Source: a virus. From it: a stretch of DNA of 64,000 bases. Position 1 is the stretch's first letter; each line of letters opens with the position of its first letter. Positions 8,663-17,113 of this stretch are shown in pieces. Location of the stretch: the IMG/VR virus record IMGVR_UViG_3300043015_002491, positions 58,510-122,509 of that record, one strand, 5' to 3'. The notes beneath the pieces are model-generated. The model had not been told where the DNA came from. It saw only the letters and a program-made list of their open reading frames with translations, and made no database searches. Position numbers and translations under genes: made by a program.

Positions 8663-9318
8663 TTTTATATTGTTTTATATTAATTTTATTAATGTAGGTA
8701 ATAGGCTCTTTGGAAGGCACCAGATATTGCATATTTAGCTTCTTCACTACCGCTATCTAAATCTTTTCTTATTTGATTAAAGATATCCATTTCTTCAACC
8801 TCTGGTTTAACTGAAGTAGCGTTATAAGCCTTCTTCAAAATCCCTTTATCAGCTTCATCAGATAATTTACCAGCAACATATTCTAATTCTTTAGCTAAAG
8901 CTTGTGAGTTAACCTTTGCACCTGTTCTGTATTGTTCTTTACCACTAGCTTTTACCGTTTTTCTATCTAAATCAGAATAATCTGCTTCATTTAATAAGTT
9001 TTTAGTTTTACCCCAAATATCATTGAATGATTTATCCTCATTGATTCTCTCAGCACCCTTAAGGTTACCTAATGTCTCTTGAGACTTATATCCCATAAGA
9101 TGTTTCATCTTATTCATATCTTCATTCATAAGTTGCTTATCAGAAGCCTTAAGAACGATAGCTCTACCTTCATTAAGTGAACCTTCCCATCTGATTTCAT
9201 AATTCTCATTACCATCAGTCATTTGGAAAGTTTTATTATCAACTTTGTATGATTCTGGAATCATCTTTAGTGCGTTCTCCACACCTTTAAATTCATTTTT
9301 AAATACAAGTCTTTTCAT
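8342..9318 (-). repeat. Duplicated ~110-aa domain (copy 1 at 8986-9318, copy 2 at 8342-8662)
   Basis: MKRLxFK..F.G..NALK.IPESYKVD.K.FQ.TDG.E.Y..RW...EDM.KMKHLMG.KSQ.TLGNLKG..R.NE.KSF.D.W.KTK.LLNE in both ORFs. Confidence 0.9.
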
Positions 9319-9882
9319 TTTACTTTCATTTTTAGGCCCACTCTTTTTAATTTCTTCATCATCAAAGTCAGCACCAGAAATACGCAATGATTTTCTAACA
9401 TTACCAGCTTCAACTTCTAGTCTTTTCTTTTTGAATTTTTGAGCATCATCATATACTTTTTCATTACCTTCTGGTCCTTGGAATCCAGCTTGGTCTCCAG
9501 GTACAACGTTTGCAACGTCATCACCCTTATTTGCATTACCCATTGTAGAATCACCTTCAATAGCTTTCTTTTGTCTTTCGTCCCACTCTTCAGTGTCACC
9601 ATTAACCTCTAAAGCGGCCATACTACCCTTTTGTAGTTCACCTACATCATGTAATTCAGCTTGTTTATCACTATAGTTATATTTTTTAACGACCTCAGCG
9701 TTTTCTTTTTCACCATCCATTTTAGTGAAGTCTTTCATCTTTTTTTCAACATCTTTCATAGCAGCTTTGTTTTCCTTACCAGAGTCTTTTTGAACCTTTT
9801 CAGTTGCAGTTAACCCCTTTGGTTTAGATTCTTCCATTAAGAATGTAGAATCAAGATATTTTTTAATTAATGACTTATTCAT
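8689..9882 (-). CDS. Putative internal head protein
   Basis: Leader MNKSLIKKYLDSTFLMEE; contains copy of duplicated domain; ATATTTAT at 9900-9907. Confidence 0.6.
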   Translation of the reverse strand: MNKSLIKKYLDSTFLMEESKPKGLTATEKVQKDSGKENKAAMKDVEKKMKDFTKMDGEKENAEVVKKYNYSDKQAELHDVGELQKGSMAALEVNGDTEEWDERQKKAIEGDSTMGNANKGDDVANVVPGDQAGFQGPEGNEKVYDDAQKFKKKRLEVEAGNVRKSLRISGADFDDEEIKKSGPKNESKMKRLVFKNEFKGVENALKMIPESYKVDNKTFQMTDGNENYEIRWEGSLNEGRAIVLKASDKQLMNEDMNKMKHLMGYKSQETLGNLKGAERINEDKSFNDIWGKTKNLLNEADYSDLDRKTVKASGKEQYRTGAKVNSQALAKELEYVAGKLSDEADKGILKKAYNATSVKPEVEEMDIFNQIRKDLDSGSEEAKYAISGAFQRAYYLH

Positions 9883-9914
9883 AATATTATCTTTTTTATA
9901 TAAATATAAACTTT

Positions 9915-11573
9915 TTACTTAAAGTTACTTATTATTTTCTTAACCTCTTCAATAGTTCTACCAGTCTTTTTAGCAACTTCTTGAACTATGTGGTCATTTG
10001 AAACAACAGCCATTTTAGTTTTTTTTGTTTCGATAGCTCCTGGCCCTTCATCACAATATGGGTATTTCTTACATTTTTCTTTAACGTTAACAAAAGAACC
10101 ACCTTTTAATTGTGTTTCTGAATGAGAATCTTCATTCATTGGTATTTCTTGACTACTCATTGTCCCAAATGGTTGTTTAAATAATTTTTGGATTCTAGGT
10201 TGGTTATCATACTTAGCATCCATTTCTTTAGCCATTTGTTGAGCAACTTGTTTTGCATGTTCATCATCATTAGCAAATAAATAAAAATCCATTTCAGCTA
10301 TATATCTATTTCCACGTTCACCTTCTTCTAAGTGTTTATTTTCTTTATTTCCAGCTGTCCAAAATGATGATTTATATTTACCGCCACCCATTGGGACATC
10401 GTAACCAAAGAAATTATCAGCACCACCAACACTGCCAGTTGTTGTTGCTTCTTCTAAACCTAATAATGAATTAACATTATCACCATAATCACCTCTTAAA
10501 TATTCAACTAATTCATCATCAACTTTAACAAGGTCTTTACCATCTTCGTAATCAGATAAACCAACACCCATACTTAATGAGTCTAAGTTATCATTTACAT
10601 AACTCTCTATAGCCTCATCACTAATCTCCCAATCTTCATCATATTCAAAATCTGGAAAACCATCTTCATCTTTACCTATATAAGTTTTTTCAATATCAAC
10701 ATAAGGTTCGAAATCATCTTTAGGTAAATGATGATAATATAATACGAATTTTTCACCAGATTGGTTTGATAAGATTGCTATCTCGTCACTAAGTGTACCA
10801 ATAATTTTAAACTCACCACTAACTCTTTCACCTTCTCTATAGTCTGGTTCTTGTTGATTAAATGGTGCTGATGAATCATATTTAGCACCTAACGGATAAT
10901 CACCAATTTCATCTAGTTTTTGTTCTTCTTCACCCTGTGCTAATGCTTTAATAGCGTCTTCTCTTTCTTTTTCCTTAGCAGCTGTAATCGCATTAGATTC
11001 TTTTCTCTTTTTTTCGATAGCAGCCATTAGTTCTTCTCTAGACTTTCCAGACTTATTAGGTTCACCAATTTGTTTTCTAAAATAATCTGGTGTTATATCA
11101 GATAACTTAAGAGCTTCTTCAATAGCTTCCATTGCCATGTAGGGGCTTTTACCACAAGCCATCTCGTAAAGACCAGCACTAATAACTTGTTTTACTCTCT
11201 CTTTATCGTTATTAAATTTTTCTTTAACTATTCTACCTTCTTTAGTTAAACCACCAAACTCCATTAACTTACGTAATTTAGAGTACTTACCTTCACCTAA
11301 TGTTGGGTCAGATTCATTTAAGTTATATAATTCTTGGATAAAATCTTCATACATCTCATTAACCTTGTATGGGTTAGCTTTTTTTAAGTCCCTACTTATT
11401 TGAGGTCTGTGTGGTCCAGGTGCGGACTTAATCATATCTTTTAACATGTCTTCTTGAACGTTTTCCATTTCAAGGATTTTATTATATTGTTCTTGAGTAA
11501 CCTTAAGTACTTTAGGTTGACTCATCTCCTTAAGCATGTTAGCTTGTTTTTCGGTAATCTTTATCTTTCTCAT
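9915..11573 (-). CDS. Putative internal head protein (acidic, LxE-rich)
   Basis: Tandem KIxITExQxxxLxE leaders; repeated LNE/LME/LDE/LEE/MNE; CKKYPYC motif. Confidence 0.6.
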   Translation of the reverse strand: MRKIKITEKQANMLKEMSQPKVLKVTQEQYNKILEMENVQEDMLKDMIKSAPGPHRPQISRDLKKANPYKVNEMYEDFIQELYNLNESDPTLGEGKYSKLRKLMEFGGLTKEGRIVKEKFNNDKERVKQVISAGLYEMACGKSPYMAMEAIEEALKLSDITPDYFRKQIGEPNKSGKSREELMAAIEKKRKESNAITAAKEKEREDAIKALAQGEEEQKLDEIGDYPLGAKYDSSAPFNQQEPDYREGERVSGEFKIIGTLSDEIAILSNQSGEKFVLYYHHLPKDDFEPYVDIEKTYIGKDEDGFPDFEYDEDWEISDEAIESYVNDNLDSLSMGVGLSDYEDGKDLVKVDDELVEYLRGDYGDNVNSLLGLEEATTTGSVGGADNFFGYDVPMGGGKYKSSFWTAGNKENKHLEEGERGNRYIAEMDFYLFANDDEHAKQVAQQMAKEMDAKYDNQPRIQKLFKQPFGTMSSQEIPMNEDSHSETQLKGGSFVNVKEKCKKYPYCDEGPGAIETKKTKMAVVSNDHIVQEVAKKTGRTIEEVKKIISNFK

Positions 11574-11575
11574 AT

Positions 11576-11830
11576 TTAATTACTTTTATTAGACAATCCG
11601 TTTTTCCAGAAAGCTCTTTTAGTCCATAACTGTTTATATAATTGCGTTAAAACATTCTTAGTTATTTCAACAACTTTATCCTCTAAAGCTTTTTCAGTTT
11701 TGATTCTATCTTTAACAATTTTTTCAACCTTACTTTTAAATTCAGAAGAATCCATATACTTTTTAATTTCTGATTTAACATCAGATTTATTAACTTCCTC
11801 GTTTAACTTTTGTCTAATTAAATCTTTCAT
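11576..11830 (-). CDS. Small protein with capsid-targeting-like leader
   Basis: MKDLIRQKLNEE; ATATTTAT at 11845-11852. Confidence 0.7.
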   Translation of the reverse strand: MKDLIRQKLNEEVNKSDVKSEIKKYMDSSEFKSKVEKIVKDRIKTEKALEDKVVEITKNVLTQLYKQLWTKRAFWKNGLSNKSN

Positions 11831-11860
11831 TATTTTCTTTATTTATAAATATTGAATAAT

Positions 11861-11890
11861 AATAAAAAAACCCCTCAAGGGGGTTATTTT
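11861..11890 (-). terminator. Intrinsic terminator
   Basis: aacccc-tcaag-ggggtt hairpin with upstream A-run (U-tail on minus). Confidence 0.75.
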
Positions 11891-12414
11891 TAATAAAGAA
11901 GTTCAGCTGAATTTGGTTTGACTTTAATTCTACATATTACAAGACCATCATCACTATAATCTAATCCACCAAAATCAACTTCAATAACATCACAATCCAG
12001 TATTGCCCATTTTTCAACAACCATACCTGTTGGGTCAAGCATCTCTAATGTCATATCAAGTTTTTTCTTCCCTTTAATTAAGCTATATAAATATTTACTC
12101 ACTGAAGGTTCTATAGGGTCATTTAATACGAATTCCATTTCTTGTATCTCATAATAAGTACCTTTCCAAAAACTATTAATTTTTTTAAATCTTGGTCTAC
12201 TCGCTTTATATAAAACCCATGGTTTTATTTCTTTACCATCACCCAACATTAAAACCCATCTATTCTTTTTCTTCGGTTCATAGGGTACGGGCATTTTCAT
12301 TAATAAATCATACTTACTTTCCAGGGGATTATTTTCACCTGTTAATTCTTCATAGTAAGGGTTTAACTCACCAGTTTGTGGGTCATGTGTTGGGACTCTT
12401 TTCTTGAAACTCAT
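11890..12414 (-). CDS. Tail tube protein-like (T4 gp19-type) paralogue with N-terminal extra motif
   Basis: MPVPYEPKKKNRW...DPIEPS...LEMLDPTGMVVEKW.I....I.EVDFGGLDYS typical of large-myovirus tube proteins. Confidence 0.7.
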   Translation of the reverse strand: MSFKKRVPTHDPQTGELNPYYEELTGENNPLESKYDLLMKMPVPYEPKKKNRWVLMLGDGKEIKPWVLYKASRPRFKKINSFWKGTYYEIQEMEFVLNDPIEPSVSKYLYSLIKGKKKLDMTLEMLDPTGMVVEKWAILDCDVIEVDFGGLDYSDDGLVICRIKVKPNSAELLY

Positions 12415-12427
12415 AAATAAATATTTT

Positions 12428-12904
12428 TTATAAAACTAATATTAATGTTAATATAGGTAAAACCACTGAACCAGTAAAACCTAATATTTTTAAACTTTTT
12501 TGTTTTCTTATTTCTTTCTTTTGGTCTTTTATAATTTCATCCTTAAGGTCTAATTCTTTATCCTTATTAACAATAACTTGTTGTAGGTTATCGTTAATTT
12601 GTTCTAAGTTAAATTTTTCATTACTTAAATTCATTAACACTTCTTTTTGCATTGTGATTGTATTAAGTTGTAGACTATCTTTAACTTTATACTGAATTAA
12701 AAGACTGTCCGCATATTCATACTTTAAAACATCTTCTAAAAGTATCTTTGCATCAGATAGACTCATACTAACCATAGTATCACCATATTCATTAACAAAA
12801 GTTGTAACCCTATTTGGTTCTTTTATTGATATATTCTGAGAGTGACTTTGAAACACCATTAGCGTCAAGCTTAAGAACAATATTAGAAACTTTATCTTTT
12901 GCAT
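12428..12904 (-). CDS. Secreted coiled-coil protein with C-terminal TM helix (spanin-like?)
   Basis: Signal peptide, heptads, C-terminal LGFTGSVVLPILTLILVL; overlaps upstream gene by 95 nt. Confidence 0.6.
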   Translation of the reverse strand: MQKIKFLILFLSLTLMVFQSHSQNISIKEPNRVTTFVNEYGDTMVSMSLSDAKILLEDVLKYEYADSLLIQYKVKDSLQLNTITMQKEVLMNLSNEKFNLEQINDNLQQVIVNKDKELDLKDEIIKDQKKEIRKQKSLKILGFTGSVVLPILTLILVL

Positions 12905-13181
12905 TTTCTAAAACTTCAATTTTTTTGTCTTTTTCATTAATTTTAACTTGGGTAGAATCTATTGAAATTAAAAGACTATCATTAATATGATTAAGCTTTA
13001 AATTAACTAATTCAAGACTATCGTTATTATTTAATAATTTAATATTACTATCTTTTAAGTTATTAATTTCATCTTCATAGATATCAATACCCTTTGATGG
13101 TCTGAAAAAAAAACTTAATATCAAAGCACCAGCTAAGATAATAATAAATAAAACTTTTATATCAAATTTATCTTTAACCAT
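12810..13181 (-). CDS. N-anchored coiled-coil membrane protein (i-spanin-like?)
   Basis: N-terminal TM VLFIIILAGALILSFFF followed by coiled coil. Confidence 0.6.
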   Translation of the reverse strand: MVKDKFDIKVLFIIILAGALILSFFFRPSKGIDIYEDEINNLKDSNIKLLNNNDSLELVNLKLNHINDSLLISIDSTQVKINEKDKKIEVLENAKDKVSNIVLKLDANGVSKSLSEYINKRTK

Positions 13182-13184
13182 TAT

Positions 13185-13655
13185 TTACGCTTTTAACGTA
13201 GAATCGTTTAAAAAATTATCATTCCAATTATCTTTCCAGATATCATAGTTTTGAACTAACTTATTTAGGGTGATGATATCATCCTTAGTAATCTCAACAT
13301 ATCTGTTACCAACAGGTGTACCTAATTGAACCCCACCATTCTTAGAGTATGACCATTCAATACCATTACCTAATTTACCTGTTAACACAACGTTTTGTGT
13401 TTCTAAATCAATATTAAAGTTATCAAACTTAACGTCATTAGTAACTTTTTCAACAAAAGATTCTTTGTTTTTTTCAAAGTAATCTTTTTCAGTATTATCT
13501 AACTGCTCTTCAAAGTTAACATCACCCTCATTTTCAGTTTTAGGTTCTGTAGTTTGAAATTCTTCGTTCTCTCTAATAAGATTCTTATGCTTCGATGTTT
13601 GAGCTCTCATAGTCTCAAGCATCAATTTAGTCATTTCATGTTCACTATTTTTCAT
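13185..13655 (-). CDS. Hypothetical protein, possibly virion-internal
   Basis: 156 aa; TKLMLETMR...LIRENEE leader. Confidence 0.7.
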   Translation of the reverse strand: MKNSEHEMTKLMLETMRAQTSKHKNLIRENEEFQTTEPKTENEGDVNFEEQLDNTEKDYFEKNKESFVEKVTNDVKFDNFNIDLETQNVVLTGKLGNGIEWSYSKNGGVQLGTPVGNRYVEITKDDIITLNKLVQNYDIWKDNWNDNFLNDSTLKA

Positions 13656-14272
13656 ATTTCTAATTTATTTTTCATTTCTAAAAAATCCCAAGCTGGACTA
13701 ACATCTGTATAGTACTTCTCGAAATTACTCTTATAAAGGATACCATTATAATTTTCTACACCATCAAAGTTAGTATTATGGTTAATTACCTTAAGTGGTA
13801 TATCAAACTCTAAACATAATTGTCTAACTAGTTTATATGTAGAATCTTTTTGTTTTTGAGTGTATGGTGCCCAATACTTATGATTTCTCCACCTTTTCTC
13901 AAAAACTGAATCCTTTCTATTATAAATATGACCAAGATAGTTAATATACTTATTTTCACTATTTAAATCTTTCATAAGCCAACCTTCATTTTCTAATACT
14001 ATAGAAATGATGGTTTCATTTAAAAAAATGTCATCTAAAAAATTTGAATAATTATTTGGTGAGAAATGTTGGTAGGTGTTACCTTCTACATCTATAGTGA
14101 ACATAGCTGTCTTAGTATATCTACCGTTCCATCTTTTGTTCCAACCAATACAATGTCTCATATCGGTTGAAAATGTATTACCAATGACAATCTTTTTTTT
14201 GACTGTTACTTCATTAATATAGTTCTTTTCACTTAATTTATAAGATTCTTTATCAATGATTAAATCACTCAT
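13652..14272 (-). CDS. Degenerate Amidase_2-fold protein
   Basis: Aligns by eye to the endolysin (SIVLENEG, WAPYTQKQ, TDVSP) but the Zn-ligand His positions are replaced. Confidence 0.65.
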   Translation of the reverse strand: MSDLIIDKESYKLSEKNYINEVTVKKKIVIGNTFSTDMRHCIGWNKRWNGRYTKTAMFTIDVEGNTYQHFSPNNYSNFLDDIFLNETIISIVLENEGWLMKDLNSENKYINYLGHIYNRKDSVFEKRWRNHKYWAPYTQKQKDSTYKLVRQLCLEFDIPLKVINHNTNFDGVENYNGILYKSNFEKYYTDVSPAWDFLEMKNKLEI

Positions 14273-15582
14273 TATCTTTTCTTAAAAAAAATTGTGTCAG
14301 ATTTACCGTCTCTAACTTCTTTATTACTACCAATTCTTTCAATCGAATTTTTCTTTCTAACTGGTACAGTCACTGAAAAACCTCTTTCTCTTTCTTTAAT
14401 TTCTTTAATATCTTCTCTAGATATTGCTTTCTTTATAGGTTCTTCTGTTATCTTAATATTATCTTCTACCCCCTTAACTTCTTGAACTCCGTTATTAACA
14501 GATTTAACAAACACCTTATTATTTGTACTTTCTTCCTTAACTTCTGGTTCAATTTCCTCATCTTGGTGTTCGATTTCAACATCAATATCATTGTCTGGAG
14601 TTTCATCATATTCTGGTGAAGCTATATGAACTTCATCTTCGATTGGTAATTGTTCTTCTGGTAATTCTATCTCACCACTTTCTTCATTAACCAATTCCAT
14701 TTTAGCGTCTGGAAAACCAGGGTCAAGTTCTCTAACAAATTCTGGTGTTGTTTTTACAGTCTCATTTACAACCTCATTTACAGCATCATCTTTCTTAGCA
14801 TTAATAACCTTATTAAATACAATTACCATGATAACAGCCATTGGGTCACCAATAACAATAAGAAGGATGATAAAATACTTCATTACATCATCCATTGTCA
14901 TTCCAGTAATATCGGCTAAATACTTAAGTGGACCTAATTCTGAAGCTACATCATCACCTAATTTAACTTCAGTTATTTCATTTTCTAATTCAAAAACTTT
15001 TTTAGATAATTCATCAGATTTACCATTAAGCACTTCTTGCCTTTCAATAGCTTTATCTAATTGAGCTTCTAGAACTTTTCTAGTTGATGATGATGTCGTT
15101 CTTATAATTTCACCTGTTTCTTTATCTTTATATTCTATAACGTTATTAGATAAACCTTTGGTTAATTCAGTTATTGTTTCACCAACACCTACTTTTTCGT
15201 TAATTATGATATTTAATTGGGATTGATAACCATCTCTCTTTTTTTCCAATAACTCAATTTTAGCTTTTACATTTTCAAACTTGGAGAATGTTTCTTTATA
15301 TGAAGATGAAAGGAATCCATAGATACCCATAGACGTGATAGTCATAGCAATAACTATGAATAATGATAAGATAGTATTGTAAAACCAACCTATCTTCTTT
15401 CCATAAGTGTGTATTGCAGATGTGGCAATAATTTTAGCAGCTTCAATACTTGAGAATAAAATAAGTCCTACAGTACCAGCACCAGCGAAGACTTTTAAAA
15501 GACCATTCACTGATACATAAGCAACTGTACCAGCCATACCTACCGCCATAATTAAAATCAAATATAATAATACCTTTTTCAT
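14272..15582 (-). CDS. Multi-pass membrane protein with coiled coil and acidic tail
   Basis: Three N-terminal TMs, SMGIYGFLS, coiled coil, ELGPLKYLA, TM with DPMAV; ATATTTAT at 15588-15595. Confidence 0.75.
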   Translation of the reverse strand: MKKVLLYLILIMAVGMAGTVAYVSVNGLLKVFAGAGTVGLILFSSIEAAKIIATSAIHTYGKKIGWFYNTILSLFIVIAMTITSMGIYGFLSSSYKETFSKFENVKAKIELLEKKRDGYQSQLNIIINEKVGVGETITELTKGLSNNVIEYKDKETGEIIRTTSSSTRKVLEAQLDKAIERQEVLNGKSDELSKKVFELENEITEVKLGDDVASELGPLKYLADITGMTMDDVMKYFIILLIVIGDPMAVIMVIVFNKVINAKKDDAVNEVVNETVKTTPEFVRELDPGFPDAKMELVNEESGEIELPEEQLPIEDEVHIASPEYDETPDNDIDVEIEHQDEEIEPEVKEESTNNKVFVKSVNNGVQEVKGVEDNIKITEEPIKKAISREDIKEIKERERGFSVTVPVRKKNSIERIGSNKEVRDGKSDTIFFKKR

Positions 15583-15600
15583 ACTATATAAATATATGGT

Positions 15601-16434
15601 TTAATCATTTAATGCGTCAAATAAACCATGAGCATTGTGTCTAACTTTTCTAATGGCTTTTTCTTTTATTTGTCTAACCCTTTCTTTAGTGATACCATAC
15701 TTTTCACCGATAGCTTCTAATGTCATTGGTTCATATTCACTATCTATACCGTAATAAGCTTTAATAATTTCTCTTTCTCTATCACTAAGTAATGATAATA
15801 CAGAGTTAAGCTCTTCTTTAACCCTTTCATCTATATCGTAAAAGCTTTCATCTTTTAACGAATTTTTATCTTCAAGGATTTCATATAATTCACTACCGTC
15901 TTCATTAATAAATTCGTTAAGTGAACCACAACTAGGTAATGAGAATAAATCAACGAAATTTTCATTCTCCATTAGTTCTTCGTTAGTTGGTTCTCTTTCA
16001 TTCTTAAATTCAAAACTTTCAATTTCTTTTTTGATTTGTGAAATTTTACCAATAACGTTAGATGGTATTCTTATAGTTCTTGAATTATCGTTTAAGGATT
16101 GCATAATAGATTGTTTAATCCAATGCACTGCGTATGAAATAAAACGAAAACCCCTAGTATGGTCATATCGCTTTGCAGCCTTTACTAAACCAAAATTACC
16201 TTCACTAATTAAATCAGATAAAGATAAACCTTGCCCTTGGTATTCTTTAGCTATTGATATCACAAACTTTAAATTTGATTCTACTAACTTATCAATAGCT
16301 AAATCATCACCTTCTTTTATTCTTATTGCTAAATCAACTTCTTCTTGTGGACTTAACAATTCTGATTTTCTTACATCTTTAAAATATTTAGAGATACTCT
16401 CATCTCCATTAAAATTTACGTATACTTTACTCAT
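15601..16434 (-). CDS. RNA polymerase sigma70-family factor (Bacteroidota RpoD-like, no region 1.1)
   Basis: Regions 1.2 (KYFKDV..ELL...EE), 2 (NLKFVISIAKEY...DLISEGN.GL.KAA.RYD..RGFRFISYAVHWIKQ), 4.2 (MTLEAIG...ITKERVRQI). Confidence 0.92.
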   Translation of the reverse strand: MSKVYVNFNGDESISKYFKDVRKSELLSPQEEVDLAIRIKEGDDLAIDKLVESNLKFVISIAKEYQGQGLSLSDLISEGNFGLVKAAKRYDHTRGFRFISYAVHWIKQSIMQSLNDNSRTIRIPSNVIGKISQIKKEIESFEFKNEREPTNEELMENENFVDLFSLPSCGSLNEFINEDGSELYEILEDKNSLKDESFYDIDERVKEELNSVLSLLSDREREIIKAYYGIDSEYEPMTLEAIGEKYGITKERVRQIKEKAIRKVRHNAHGLFDALND

Positions 16435-16481
16435 TAATTACATTATTCTATAACTTTGTTATTTATGTCTGTTAGGACATA

Positions 16482-16511
16482 TAAATATACGTAAATAATA
16501 AAAAAAGTAAA
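16482..16511 (-). promoter_or_regulatory. Variant promoter TTTAC-N17-TATATTTA upstream of sigma gene
   Basis: Same architecture at 60469-60498, 24259-24288 and 145-175. Confidence 0.45.
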
Positions 16512-16520
16512 CCTTTTTAA

Positions 16521-17051
16521 TTACATTTTTGTGAGAAATTCAAGTATTTCTTTATCGTGGTCAGTAAGATTATCGACACCCTTATCAAGTATTTCGTTCA
16601 TAAGTTTTTCCCTATCTTTTTTACCCATTTCTTTCAACATTTCTTTTCTATACCTAGTTTTAGGTTTTACAAAAGTCCTTGAACCATAACTGGTAATACC
16701 ACTTGATGCTTTATCATTAACACTCGACACATCATCAATCAATTTATTTGTCAAATCTTCTAACTCTAAGTCATATTCTTTACTTATATGACCAAATAAA
16801 GCATCATTTAACCCTTCATTAGTTAAGAAATAACCAGATGTTTCTGGGTCAGTATCAAATATTAAAAAATTTCTATTTAATGACTTAAAATAATCGGTAA
16901 GCTCACTAACTTCAGCAATACTAGTAAAAGTTGATATAACAATACCCTTAGCTTCTAAAAATCTAGGTGAATCCTCGGCAATTTTACCAATCTCTAGTTT
17001 ACATCCACTAGTTTCACCCATAACAACTATACAATAACTTCTAAATTTCAT
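16521..17051 (-). CDS. Hypothetical protein with C-terminal DUF6576-like helix
   Basis: NEILDKGVDNLTDHDKEILEFL resembles the IDxILDK...LTxxEKxxL motif. Confidence 0.65.
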   Translation of the reverse strand: MKFRSYCIVVMGETSGCKLEIGKIAEDSPRFLEAKGIVISTFTSIAEVSELTDYFKSLNRNFLIFDTDPETSGYFLTNEGLNDALFGHISKEYDLELEDLTNKLIDDVSSVNDKASSGITSYGSRTFVKPKTRYRKEMLKEMGKKDREKLMNEILDKGVDNLTDHDKEILEFLTKM

Positions 17052-17079
17052 ATTTATTTTTTTTTTGTTCGTATTATAA

Positions 17080-17111
17080 CAAATATAACATTTTTTTCTT
17101 TTAAAATCAAA
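17080..17111 (-). promoter_or_regulatory. Bacteroidota-type sigmaA promoter
   Basis: TTTG-N20-TATATTTG. Confidence 0.7.
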
Positions 17112-17113
17112 AT

